Shown here piece by piece: positions 1-8,304 of a stretch of 64,000 nt of DNA. The position numbers and the translations under genes are program-made. The notes under the pieces were generated by a model, which saw only the letters and a program-made list of their open reading frames with translations, was not told the origin of the DNA and did not search any database. This DNA comes from a virus (Duplodnaviria; Caudoviricetes). The stretch covers positions 1,037 to 65,036 of IMG/VR virus record IMGVR_UViG_3300020042_003898, one strand, 5' to 3'. Positions within the stretch are counted from its first letter, which is position 1, and every line of letters starts with the position of its first letter.

Positions 1-103
1 ACAGAGAAAGGCTTTTTAGTCCTAGGTGTAAACCCTAGGGTTGCTTGTACATACAAAGAAAGACCCTCGTCAAGCCCTGTTAGAGGCTCTCAGAGGGATT
101 CTT

Positions 104-559
104 TTACTCTACTGATGAAGTAGCCTTAGCGCAGATGTACGGGGCGTTCCAGCGACCAATATGAATGCTCATGTAGTACGAGCAATGAAAGTAATCGGTC
201 ATGATGTCTGACTCGTCCCAATGCCCTTCAGACAGGATCTCTTTTACCTTCTTGATGTACTCCAAGGCAAGCCCATCAAAATAAGAGTCTATGTAGTAAT
301 GATTGACTTGAATGTACTTTTGCTTCTCAAGATCGTCAGCAAGTTTATCGTACATCTGTGCCTTGAAAGAGCCACTCAAGAACTCTTCACGCATAATCCT
401 TACAGCATTTCCAATCAGGTCAATCTCACCTGCTGAGATAGTAACCTTAATGGTGCTGGTGTTTTTGCCTGAAAGCGTAGCCTTCATTCCGTATTGCTTG
501 TTCAGAGCCTTGAGAGCATCGCGCTTAGAGTCAATGATTTCTGAAGTAACGTAAGCCAT
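104..559 (-). CDS. conserved phage hypothetical protein (LPD29-like C-terminal motif)
   Basis: 151-aa ORF with SD (AAGGAA) and upstream promoter; C-terminal 'DESDIMTDYFHCSYY' motif is typical of this family. Confidence 0.6.
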   Translation of the reverse strand: MAYVTSEIIDSKRDALKALNKQYGMKATLSGKNTSTIKVTISAGEIDLIGNAVRIMREEFLSGSFKAQMYDKLADDLEKQKYIQVNHYYIDSYFDGLALEYIKKVKEILSEGHWDESDIMTDYFHCSYYMSIHIGRWNAPYICAKATSSVE

Positions 560-612
560 TTTGTTTCCTTAGTTGGTTGAGGATCGGCTGTTGTTGATGA
601 GTTGCTGAAGAG

Positions 613-654
613 CCGATGAAGAGAAGTTTACACTATTTTGGAAAAAAGGATCAA
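613..654 (-). promoter_or_regulatory. early sigma70-like promoter with conserved downstream element
   Basis: TTGATC-18-TAAACT (TG extended) followed by TCTCTTCATCGG, which is repeated at 2668-2682. Confidence 0.55.
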
Positions 655-682
655 ATTTTTAGAGAATTTTTAGGATTTTTGA

Positions 683-772
683 TTAGTTGTAGAAATGCAA
701 CAGAACAAAGAACCCTACCAGAACACACACCATACCACCAATGAACTGCAAGAACATCAAGAGGTATTCCAT
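683..772 (-). CDS. 29-aa hydrophobic peptide (not in ORF track)
   Basis: MEYLLMFLQFIGGMVCVLVGFFVLLHFYN*; the ATG overlaps the TGA of the upstream ORF. Confidence 0.55.
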   Translation of the reverse strand: MEYLLMFLQFIGGMVCVLVGFFVLLHFYN

Positions 773-972
773 CAGAAGCCATCTCCGATGTAAATCAAAT
801 TGTTGTTTTCGTCAAGGATCTTTTTGATGGTGTACTGTGGCTTTTCTTCTTGGAAGCCACGTACAGCATTGTACAGTCGATCTGATGTATAAGTGCTAAT
901 GCCTTTTTGTTTCCCAGAAACTTCGATCCATTCGATGAAGTATACCTTAGATTGCGATATATTTTGGGTCAT
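772..972 (-). CDS. hypothetical protein
   Basis: ORF on operon strand, tightly packed. Confidence 0.6.
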   Translation of the reverse strand: MTQNISQSKVYFIEWIEVSGKQKGISTYTSDRLYNAVRGFQEEKPQYTIKKILDENNNLIYIGDGF

Positions 973-987
973 GCTAGTTCCTTTTGA

Positions 988-1359
988 TTAAATTACAAAG
1001 ATGCTTGCTTTTTTGTCTTTTACTTGCAAGAAAGCAAGGCTTGCCTTATACACAGGTTCTTGAGTATCTGTATAAATAAAATGTGCTCCCATATAAGGAT
1101 TGTACTTTACATTTATGTAGTAATCTGGAATTACTTGTTGAATAGTACCAGCAGACAATACCGTACCAACGCAACCTGCATGAACATTCTTTTTCTTTTC
1201 ACGAATGACACGCTGACGCCCTGCTTCGCTTACCTTAAAGGTGCAGTCACGAAGTTGAACGTATGTAGCGTGCATAATAACTCGACCTTTGTCTGGGCCT
1301 TCAAGTGCCTTGAGACTGAAGCATTTCTTGTGCAAATTGAAGTAAACGAAGACTTTCAT
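988..1359 (-). CDS. conserved phage hypothetical protein
   Basis: 'VFVYFNLHKKCFS...KKKNVHAG...YNPY' pattern is common in phage early genes. Confidence 0.7.
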   Translation of the reverse strand: MKVFVYFNLHKKCFSLKALEGPDKGRVIMHATYVQLRDCTFKVSEAGRQRVIREKKKNVHAGCVGTVLSAGTIQQVIPDYYINVKYNPYMGAHFIYTDTQEPVYKASLAFLQVKDKKASIFVI

Positions 1360-1392
1360 ATATTTCCTAAGTTGTTGAAATCAATTTCTTTA

Positions 1393-1608
1393 TCAAGGTG
1401 TCGTAAATTGATCTGGTTTTGAATACAATCTAATAAATTCAGATAGTTTATTTAAATTAAAGAGTACATCAGAAGGAACAGTACGTGAAAGTTTAAATCC
1501 TTCATACTTCAGTAACATCATTAAAGACTCTCTGCGGCAGTCTTCTTTGACAACCTCAAGTAAAACTGCAAACTCTTTCGCCATATCCCAATCAAGAACT
1601 TTTGACAT
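1393..1608 (-). CDS. hypothetical protein
   Basis: ORF on operon strand with SD. Confidence 0.55.
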   Translation of the reverse strand: MSKVLDWDMAKEFAVLLEVVKEDCRRESLMMLLKYEGFKLSRTVPSDVLFNLNKLSEFIRLYSKPDQFTTP

Positions 1609-1710
1609 AACACTTGTATCCTTTTATATAGAGACTTTAGTCTAACTTACTTTTCAAGAGAAAAGGATCTTTTTTTATTTAATCTTTAAGATGATGCTTT
1701 CTTAAAGGTT

Positions 1711-1983
1711 TTATCCTTTAAGATGTTGCAATTCAGCAACAGCATTAGCGCAGTCTGCTACTATATCAAAAAACATATACTTTGCGGTGGCTTTTGCTTC
1801 TTTATTTTCTTCTGATGGGTTCAGGCTGTAGTCAACGCAGATGTTTGCGTACCTGAGTGCAACCTCTGCAAGAGCAAGCCGCAGCACGATTGGAAGTTCT
1901 TGGTTGTCTGTAGCGTTCATGTCAGTTCCTAAGTTGATGAAGAAATTATACCTTGCTTTTGATCTCTGCAAGCAACTCTTCAA
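1711..1983 (-). CDS. hypothetical protein (true start possibly internal MNATD)
   Basis: ORF on operon strand. Confidence 0.55.
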   Translation of the reverse strand: MKSCLQRSKARYNFFINLGTDMNATDNQELPIVLRLALAEVALRYANICVDYSLNPSEENKEAKATAKYMFFDIVADCANAVAELQHLKG

Positions 1984-2314
1984 GAATTTTCTTTTCTTCT
2001 TTCAGAGCAACTCCGAGAAGAACTGCTACACCTTTATCACCGTTGCCATTCTGGATCAACGGAGCAAGCCTAGCAGCGTTTGATGGCTCGAAGCGAGAAC
2101 AGTCTGTGATACCTGCCCATTGGGGTTTCCCCTCTAGTACTTTAACGTAAATTGATTCTGCTGTACGAATGACTGTGTTATTTCCCAACAAGGCATTCTT
2201 GTAACTCTCGATCTGTTGGTTGATCCTGTCTAGATCATTTTGCATGATCTGGATGATTTCATTCACAATTTCGGATGGGATGTGATCTATTTTCATCGTT
2301 TGCTCTTTTTGCAT
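1946..2314 (-). CDS. hypothetical protein
   Basis: 122-aa ORF downstream of promoter at 2349-2378. Confidence 0.6.
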   Translation of the reverse strand: MQKEQTMKIDHIPSEIVNEIIQIMQNDLDRINQQIESYKNALLGNNTVIRTAESIYVKVLEGKPQWAGITDCSRFEPSNAARLAPLIQNGNGDKGVAVLLGVALKEEKKILEELLAEIKSKV

Positions 2315-2348
2315 GATATTTCCAGAAGGAAGTTGATTACAGAAACTT

Positions 2349-2378
2349 AGTGTACATCAATTCAAGAAACAAGGTCAA
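2349..2378 (-). promoter_or_regulatory. sigma70-like early promoter
   Basis: TTGACC-18-TACACT with TG extension and A-rich UP region. Confidence 0.6.
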
Positions 2379-2408
2379 GTATTTTTAGCAACCCTTTGCG
2401 TACAAGGC

Positions 2409-2630
2409 TCAAACGCCTTTTGCATAGTTCCTAAGGGTCTTGATGTACTCGCTGTAGACTCGACCTTTCGTGTTGCCTTTCCAAGCAACCACTACTGTAC
2501 CAGACTTCTTGACGCCAAGGAAGACGCCTGTGTTACTTTTTTCACCAGCGTAGATGTGTTGTCCAGCCTGTACGTACTTCAAAAGTTCGACAGGAACTTG
2601 CCAGATATCGAAAGATGCTTGGTATTTCAT
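2409..2630 (-). CDS. hypothetical protein
   Basis: ORF downstream of promoter at 2680-2708. Confidence 0.6.
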   Translation of the reverse strand: MKYQASFDIWQVPVELLKYVQAGQHIYAGEKSNTGVFLGVKKSGTVVVAWKGNTKGRVYSEYIKTLRNYAKGV

Positions 2631-2667
2631 AAAAACCTTTAAGTTGATCAGAGGCTTGATTGCCTAA

Positions 2668-2708
2668 CCGATGAAGAGAAGTGTAAAGAACTTGATCTGA
2701 CCTTGCAA
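2668..2708 (-). promoter_or_regulatory. sigma70-like early promoter with conserved downstream element
   Basis: TTGCAA-17-TACACT followed by TCTCTTCATCGG. Confidence 0.65.
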
Positions 2709-2777
2709 GGCTTTTTTGATCTTTTTTACAAAATCGTTTTAAATTTTTAGGATGTTGTTGCAGAGCAACTTGTGTTG

Positions 2778-3011
2778 TTAGTGAGCCACAACTGAAGAAG
2801 GAAGATAAGAATCCTTGACAAGGCTTACAGAATGCACTACGAAAGTTTCATAGCCTAGGATCTGTGCTTTCACAATTGCTTCTTTGTGCAGAATTTCGTC
2901 CATTACGTCGATTGAGTAATAATCCGAAAAGTAACTAATCTTTGTTGTACTAGGTACACCAATAGCATTTTCTTTTCTTACTGTCATCAAAGCAGTATAT
3001 TTATAAATCAT
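2778..3011 (-). CDS. hypothetical protein
   Basis: ORF on operon strand. Confidence 0.55.
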   Translation of the reverse strand: MIYKYTALMTVRKENAIGVPSTTKISYFSDYYSIDVMDEILHKEAIVKAQILGYETFVVHSVSLVKDSYLPSSVVAH

Positions 3012-3020
3012 ACAATCTCC

Positions 3021-3332
3021 TTATTTGATACTGTCTTCTAGACCGAATAAAACGTGATTACAGGCGTTCTCAAGCGAGTGGTATACCCTGTGTTGCTCTG
3101 CTCTATTCAAGAGCCTTGTAGACCCTATACGCCTTACCCTGAGGTAATGCTCTTTCAGGACTACCCTGTTATTCTGGAATAGAAAATCTAGTTCTTTGTT
3201 TGCTTGCTGATGAGTCCATCCATCTCGAACTAAGAAATGAATAAATACTTGGATGATACTAGGTTTGTACAGTACATCGTTCAGGTATTTAAGTACTTGG
3301 GTATCAGGTGGTATAGTATATAAGTCAGGCAT
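3021..3332 (-). CDS. hypothetical protein
   Basis: ORF on operon strand. Confidence 0.55.
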   Translation of the reverse strand: MPDLYTIPPDTQVLKYLNDVLYKPSIIQVFIHFLVRDGWTHQQANKELDFLFQNNRVVLKEHYLRVRRIGSTRLLNRAEQHRVYHSLENACNHVLFGLEDSIK

Positions 3333-3357
3333 GACAAATCCTAATATAAGTATAAAT

Positions 3358-3400
3358 TAAAAAAGACCCTCTCGTAATTAAACGAAAGGGTAGTTCTTTT
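3358..3400 (-). terminator. rho-independent terminator
   Basis: CCCTTTCGT/ACGAGAGGG stem followed by a T-run on the minus strand. Confidence 0.65.
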
Positions 3401-3666
3401 TAGATATCTGACTCTAGATCACGCATCGTAATTTCATATTCTTCCATAATAGCCATGATCTTTTCTAGAGCATATTGCTTACGCAGTCGCTGCTCTTCTT
3501 CAGAGAAGATTTCACCGAATGATTGAATGTTTGAAAGCACTTCATTATTCGATTGGTGGTTTGCTTGAGCGTTTGAATTTGTTTCCATGATGATTTCTCC
3601 AATTTTATGTTTAAAGGGCCATTCTTGATTATATCTGTAATCTTGCGTAGATTTAAGAGTACTCAT
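3400..3666 (-). CDS. small protein resembling an H-NS-family oligomerisation segment with no DNA-binding domain
   Basis: C-terminal 'RKQYALEKIMAIMEEYEITMRDL' resembles the '..I...M.EYGIT..DL' helix of proteobacterial H-NS-like proteins; likely start at internal METNSN. Confidence 0.45.
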   Translation of the reverse strand: MSTLKSTQDYRYNQEWPFKHKIGEIIMETNSNAQANHQSNNEVLSNIQSFGEIFSEEEQRLRKQYALEKIMAIMEEYEITMRDLESDI

Positions 3667-3678
3667 AATAAAGTTAAG

Positions 3679-3942
3679 TTAAATACTAAAGTCAATAAAA
3701 AGATCGTCTTCATTCAAAGCAAGAGTCTCCCTTACAGAACCCATGATCTCCTTTGGTTGATCAAGCAGGACTGTATGCTGAACTACACCACCGTATTTTA
3801 CACGGCTTGATTGAACTGTACCAACAACTAGATCGCCTGTCAAGTACACACCAGAGACTCGCTGGCCTTCTCGATCCCAACCACCGTTGCTGCTGATGCT
3901 GCTGTATGGTACGCTCTTTTTGTACGCTACGCTGTTCTTCAT
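3679..3942 (-). CDS. conserved phage hypothetical protein
   Basis: 'W.REG..V.G.Y....V.GTV.SSRVKYGG.VQH.V.L' pattern. Confidence 0.65.
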   Translation of the reverse strand: MKNSVAYKKSVPYSSISSNGGWDREGQRVSGVYLTGDLVVGTVQSSRVKYGGVVQHTVLLDQPKEIMGSVRETLALNEDDLFIDFSI

Positions 3943-4262
3943 GATGTTCTTTCTGTGCTCGTTTAGGAAGACTAGACTTTATCAGGTCTACAAGAAAAAG
4001 CAAGAACTTTTTGAAATCTTGACTAAATTTCTAGGGAATAAAAAAGAACTTGACAGACTTGTGTTTTTGATATACTGAAATGCACTACAGGATATCACAC
4101 CCCCGCCTAAGATTCTCACCTACAGGCCGATATGTTTTCTAATGCATTTCAGTATAAAAAAAGAAGGCGCATAGGCTCTGATTCAAACAGCGTCGTAGTC
4201 TTGTCAACCTGTGTATCTCACTACACCGACCTATGCAATATTTTAAGAGAGTCTAATTCGTT

Positions 4263-4697
4263 TCAATGCATATTCTTAATAATTCTCTCTAGATCAAACA
4301 TCTCTTCGCTTTCACGAATATCAGTAATGTACCACTTACATTTACCTTTTTCAATCTTCATGAGATAAAAATAATCGCATTCTTCTCTGTGTTGTTTTAG
4401 ATCATCAACTGAAGCATAAAGGCACGAAGAAGTATTTGACTCACCTCGATCTCTACCGTAGAAAATACAAGTATCTTTTTCTGGTGAAAATCCTGAATGA
4501 TTATTCTGAACTTCTGGTACTACGTTATTGCCCAGTACCAGCAGATCACCAAGATCAAGTAACTTTTCAAGACTTTCTTTATTGAAACTCTTAAGTAAGA
4601 CTCGACCAGCATACATAGGTGAACCATCATTATGTAAATATACTGCACAAACAGATCCATCTTTATGTACTAACCCAATCATTGCTGTAATCTGCAT
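4263..4697 (-). CDS. conserved phage hypothetical protein
   Basis: 'V.AVYLHNDG.P...G..L' and 'FYGRDRGE' motifs of a common phage family. Confidence 0.7.
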   Translation of the reverse strand: MQITAMIGLVHKDGSVCAVYLHNDGSPMYAGRVLLKSFNKESLEKLLDLGDLLVLGNNVVPEVQNNHSGFSPEKDTCIFYGRDRGESNTSSCLYASVDDLKQHREECDYFYLMKIEKGKCKWYITDIRESEEMFDLERIIKNMH

Positions 4698-4711
4698 TGA
4701 GTATCCTTATA

Positions 4712-5086
4712 TTACCACCAACTATTATAGTACACGACTTTACCTTTAGAGATATAAAGCAACGCACTTGCAACGAAATCAAGATCATCTTTTTTATCTT
4801 CTTCAGTATAATCTAGAGTACCCCAGAAGAACCCAGATACAGGAGTAAGTTTATTTTCGATGATGCACTTTTGAAGTTCAAGCAAATCATCCACCGTAAG
4901 AATCACAGGTACACAATTAAATTCTTCAGTACCTCCCTTTGAGATATAAAGATCTGCCATCCACTTGTGCAAAGCATTATTCTTTCTCCAGTACTGAAAA
5001 GACTTTACTTCTTCTTTTCGAGTAAAAGAAAACTCATCAATAGAATCTTCTTTGTCGATTGCAAAAGCATACTGATCTAACCCCAT
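4712..5086 (-). CDS. conserved phage hypothetical protein
   Basis: 'MGLDQY...YWRKNNALHKW...GFFWG...YYNSWW' family signature. Confidence 0.75.
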   Translation of the reverse strand: MGLDQYAFAIDKEDSIDEFSFTRKEEVKSFQYWRKNNALHKWMADLYISKGGTEEFNCVPVILTVDDLLELQKCIIENKLTPVSGFFWGTLDYTEEDKKDDLDFVASALLYISKGKVVYYNSWW

Positions 5087-5087
5087 C

Positions 5088-5255
5088 TTAATCTCCTTTA
5101 ATTTTGTGTCGAGTTACTTCAATGATATCTGGGTGTGATTCTAGACCACAAGTTAAGATAAATACTTGCATATCATCTTCTGATTCAAAGTACTTGATCC
5201 ATTGATGATCGTTCTTGAACTTCCATTCTACACTATATTTGTACGTATTGTGCAT
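5088..5255 (-). CDS. 55-aa hypothetical protein (not in ORF track)
   Basis: MHNTYKYSVEWKFKNDHQWIKYFESEDD...; fills the gap between neighbours, SD AAGGAA upstream. Confidence 0.55.
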   Translation of the reverse strand: MHNTYKYSVEWKFKNDHQWIKYFESEDDMQVFILTCGLESHPDIIEVTRHKIKGD

Positions 5256-5265
5256 CTTATTTCCT

Positions 5266-5499
5266 TCAAGTAAAAAAGAATTGTACTACGCACGAATCAA
5301 AACCATCTTCAAGATTAAATACCTTAGCATTCTTGACTTCGTGTTCGATGTTGTAATGATACTCATCATTGAACTCATCAAGTTTTTTCAGAATCTCGAT
5401 GCACTCTTCCTCTGACGAGGCAATTACAGACCACATACCACCGTATTCTGATCTTGGGAATTTTACCCAATATTCTCCGATAAACAAGAACTTTTGCAT
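5266..5499 (-). CDS. hypothetical protein
   Basis: ORF on operon strand with SD. Confidence 0.6.
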   Translation of the reverse strand: MQKFLFIGEYWVKFPRSEYGGMWSVIASSEEECIEILKKLDEFNDEYHYNIEHEVKNAKVFNLEDGFDSCVVQFFFT

Positions 5500-5501
5500 T
5501 T

Positions 5502-5642
5502 TTATTCCTTAATAGGTAAGACTTTATCTTCTTTCTTTTTATCCCTGTGCTTTCCTGCTTTGCGTTTAATACTAGCAGGTACAAGAGGATTTCTTGGTTT
5601 CTTACTTGGTAAGATCATAGATGATACAAAGATATTTTTCAC
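5502..5642 (-). CDS. 46-aa very basic protein (not in ORF track)
   Basis: GTG start; ...KKPRNPLVPASIKRKAGKHRDKKK...; fills the gap exactly. Confidence 0.5.
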   Translation of the reverse strand: MKNIFVSSMILPSKKPRNPLVPASIKRKAGKHRDKKKEDKVLPIKE

Positions 5643-5645
5643 TTG

Positions 5646-5930
5646 TCAACCCTTGTTGTAAATTATATGTTTTTTGATGTACCACTTTTCTACAACAAGA
5701 CCTTCTTCATTTTCATCAACTGCTATATAAACTACAGTCTTCTTGACTAGAGCATAACGTGTTCCACCTACCATGTCAATGATATGCGTGTATCCTTTTT
5801 CAATAAAGAACTGATCTTTCTCAGGATCACATAAAGAGTAACTGAAAGAAAGCCCATGATCAACTTCAACGAACTCGCCAATGATTTTAGAAGACATCCT
5901 GTACATAGCAGTTTCCTTAGAGTTTACCAA
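5646..5930 (-). CDS. hypothetical protein
   Basis: ORF on operon strand. Confidence 0.6.
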   Translation of the reverse strand: MVNSKETAMYRMSSKIIGEFVEVDHGLSFSYSLCDPEKDQFFIEKGYTHIIDMVGGTRYALVKKTVVYIAVDENEEGLVVEKWYIKKHIIYNKG

Positions 5931-6112
5931 TGTCGGATGACACCAGCAACGATGAACAAGTTTGTAATTATATACGAAAGTACGATGAAAGAACGAACAA
6001 CAGCAACTTTATTTGCTTCAGCGTCTGTGTTGCCTGACTTCTCACCAAGTGCCTTAGCCCAGAACCTCCAGACCGACACAAGAACTTTACCTGACTTTTT
6101 TAAGAAAAACAT
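5924..6112 (-). CDS. small membrane protein
   Basis: 'W..WAKALGEKSG..D.EA..VA..R.....SY..TN.FIVAGVIRHW' conserved phage pattern with a TM helix. Confidence 0.65.
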   Translation of the reverse strand: MFFLKKSGKVLVSVWRFWAKALGEKSGNTDAEANKVAVVRSFIVLSYIITNLFIVAGVIRHW

Positions 6113-6127
6113 ACAGACAAACCCTTA

Positions 6128-6640
6128 TTACTTTTGTTCTTTTTTTGATGTATAGAACAGATGCCGACCAATCTTCTTGACGAAGATCTTACTCTTTGCC
6201 CACCTAGGCTTAACCTGAAGTGTATGATACCACATTGTGCCTTTAGGAAGTACGCTAGAAACCTCTTTAACGCTCTGCTGTGCTATTTGTTTTGCCAAGT
6301 AGTACTGCCGTGTATCCTTTTGATTTAAATCGCTTAAATCGCCTTCTAGGATGTTTCTTGCGTACTTAAAATCTACCTGCTTTACCCAACTGAATTGGTT
6401 CTTGTCAAAGACTACGCTACATACGTCTTTAGGATAGAGTTTAGACTTGAGTCTGTTATATGTCACAGCAGCAACTGCTTGCATACCTTTCATAGACTCA
6501 CCTCTTGCTTCAAAGAATATATTAGCCGTCATGCATTGTGTTTCTGTATACCTTGGCATGGGAAAGTCAGATAAAAGATGACAGTATGATAGTAATATAC
6601 CTGTAGATATTACCCTAACGGTAAATAATTTAAGATTCAT
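6128..6640 (-). CDS. SleB-like cell wall hydrolase (Hydrolase_2 family)
   Basis: 'CMTANIFFEARGES', 'AVAAVTYNR', 'VCSVV...QFSW', 'PRWA...IGRHLFY'; N-terminal hydrophobic anchor. Confidence 0.9.
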   Translation of the reverse strand: MNLKLFTVRVISTGILLSYCHLLSDFPMPRYTETQCMTANIFFEARGESMKGMQAVAAVTYNRLKSKLYPKDVCSVVFDKNQFSWVKQVDFKYARNILEGDLSDLNQKDTRQYYLAKQIAQQSVKEVSSVLPKGTMWYHTLQVKPRWAKSKIFVKKIGRHLFYTSKKEQK

Positions 6641-6658
6641 GCTTTTATTTTATGAATT

Positions 6659-6721
6659 ATTACCGATAGGGTAATCTTATCAAAATGATAAGTTTAGTAG
6701 TTATCTTGTCAAGATGATAAG
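6659..6721 (-). promoter_or_regulatory. promoter overlapped by palindromic operator-like sites
   Basis: TTGACA(6707-6712)-16-TATCAT(6685-6690); perfect CTTATCA-AAA-TGATAAG at 6676-6692. Confidence 0.5.
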
Positions 6722-6734
6722 TTTATGCAAAGAA

Positions 6735-6914
6735 TCAATAATCCTCGCCTGTCTTTGCTTTTCGTTCAGCAGAGTAATCCTTCTTCTTTTTCTTTTTGTT
6801 CTTTTGCTCTTGTACGTAATCATCAAAGAGTTTATTCTTTGCTTTTTTATTCTTGGTCTTTTCTCCAGAGAAGGATTGATCGTACTGATTAGAGTTAAAC
6901 ATTGCGTTTTGCAT
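6735..6914 (-). CDS. 59-aa Lys-rich protein (not in ORF track; the + strand ORF 6714-6926 is its shadow)
   Basis: MQNAMFNSNQYDQSFSGEKTKNKKAKNK...DYSAERKAKTGEDY*. Confidence 0.6.
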   Translation of the reverse strand: MQNAMFNSNQYDQSFSGEKTKNKKAKNKLFDDYVQEQKNKKKKKKDYSAERKAKTGEDY

Positions 6915-6945
6915 TTAGTTTCTTAGTAGTTTAAAGGTTGAAAGT

Positions 6946-7161
6946 TTAAAAGGTTACTTGTTTCTTCTTGATTTGCTCAATTAGAGCAGAAGCCTGATCG
7001 AATGTCAATCCGTTTTTTACAAGAACGATAGGGTTGTCTTCTTTGTCTGACTGACACACAGCAAACAACTTTTTGTCAATGTCGCTCCTGTACATCCTAT
7101 AGTACTTGCGGTTCAAAGGCTTGTCGTCGTCTTGCAAGGCTTCTTGATGAATATTTTCCAT
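6946..7161 (-). CDS. hypothetical protein
   Basis: ORF with SD AAGGAA. Confidence 0.6.
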   Translation of the reverse strand: MENIHQEALQDDDKPLNRKYYRMYRSDIDKKLFAVCQSDKEDNPIVLVKNGLTFDQASALIEQIKKKQVTF

Positions 7162-7170
7162 TTTGTTTCC

Positions 7171-7365
7171 TTAGTCCCAGAGTGAGTTAGATGATTTGTT
7201 TACCAGAGACAGAGACTGCACTATAGACTGCACTACGTCTTGTTCGTCCTGCTCTGAGATGAAGTATAAGTCATCTTCTTCTTCAAGGTCAATGCTTTTT
7301 TTGCTTGTTTGAATGTTTTTTACAGAGAAGTTGTTGTTTTGATACAACTTGTTAGACTTCTTCAT
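7171..7365 (-). CDS. hypothetical protein
   Basis: ATGA overlap with the upstream gene. Confidence 0.55.
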   Translation of the reverse strand: MKKSNKLYQNNNFSVKNIQTSKKSIDLEEEDDLYFISEQDEQDVVQSIVQSLSLVNKSSNSLWD

Positions 7366-7559
7366 TCATTCGCCTTTACTAGAAATACATCAATGTCAAA
7401 AAGCAAAGACTCGATAACAGGGTTTGTGGTTTTAGACCCCCGTAGGAAAGCATTAAGAACTCTTGCTGTTTCGTGCAAAAGACCAAAGGCTTCTTCTGAT
7501 GAAAGGATACGCTGTAGATCTCGTGTATTCTCTGTACTAACTTCTACTTTGTACTTCAT
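7362..7559 (-). CDS. hypothetical protein
   Basis: ATGA overlap, operon strand. Confidence 0.55.
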   Translation of the reverse strand: MKYKVEVSTENTRDLQRILSSEEAFGLLHETARVLNAFLRGSKTTNPVIESLLFDIDVFLVKANE

Positions 7560-7753
7560 AAATAAGTCTCCTTTAGTTTATTAATAGCCTCGTACATTAG
7601 TGCTTTTGTAACCTCAATCTTTAATTCTAAGTCATTAATCTCTTGCTCTTGATCTTTGATAACCTGAAGAGCAGTTCCAGCAAGAGTATTATTATGCCAT
7701 GCAAATTCAGCATTGAGTTTCTGTTTTACTTTCTCTACGTATAACTTATTCAT
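7556..7753 (-). CDS. hypothetical protein
   Basis: operon strand, tight packing. Confidence 0.55.
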   Translation of the reverse strand: MNKLYVEKVKQKLNAEFAWHNNTLAGTALQVIKDQEQEINDLELKIEVTKALMYEAINKLKETYL

Positions 7754-7755
7754 TA

Positions 7756-7995
7756 TTACATAAATCCTCTATCCCGTAAAGCCTCGGCTACTCTTCGATG
7801 GATACAATCTCTAATGAATTTAGCCACGCCGTGCTTGTCAGAGCCTCCACAATGCTTAATCCAATCTTGGGCTATCCTTTCAGTCTCCTGAACTTGACCC
7901 TTTGCATAAGCATGATTGAAGATCTCTTGATGAAGTTTAAAATCAGGAACTAAAGTTTCAATAGCAACTCTAGTTTCTGGAATAGATTTAGTCAT
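7756..7995 (-). CDS. hypothetical protein
   Basis: operon strand, tight packing. Confidence 0.55.
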   Translation of the reverse strand: MTKSIPETRVAIETLVPDFKLHQEIFNHAYAKGQVQETERIAQDWIKHCGGSDKHGVAKFIRDCIHRRVAEALRDRGFM

Positions 7996-8012
7996 TTAAA
8001 ATTGAACCTTTA

Positions 8013-8291
8013 TTAATAAGACCAGTCAACATCGCTTGTACTCTTCTTCTTTAATTCTGGAAAAGTATACTCGTGTAATGAAACCAAAGAAAGTAAACAG
8101 TAAACTATAGGTGTACTAAATCCACTTCTTGTATCTGATCTAGTATCATTAAGTATAGCGTATATCATATCAGTAAATTCGATTTCTCCCCAAAATAGTT
8201 CTAATTTTTTAGAAACGTGAGGATGATTAGAGTTAATCATTAAATAATTGAAATCGTCTTTTAGAACTTGGATATCTTTTTCTATAAGCAT
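8013..8291 (-). CDS. hypothetical protein resembling a small betaproteobacterial domain
   Basis: 'HPHV.KKLELFWG..EF......L.DTR...R.GF' pattern. Confidence 0.55.
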   Translation of the reverse strand: MLIEKDIQVLKDDFNYLMINSNHPHVSKKLELFWGEIEFTDMIYAILNDTRSDTRSGFSTPIVYCLLSLVSLHEYTFPELKKKSTSDVDWSY

Positions 8292-8304
8292 AAGTCAATT
8301 CTCT

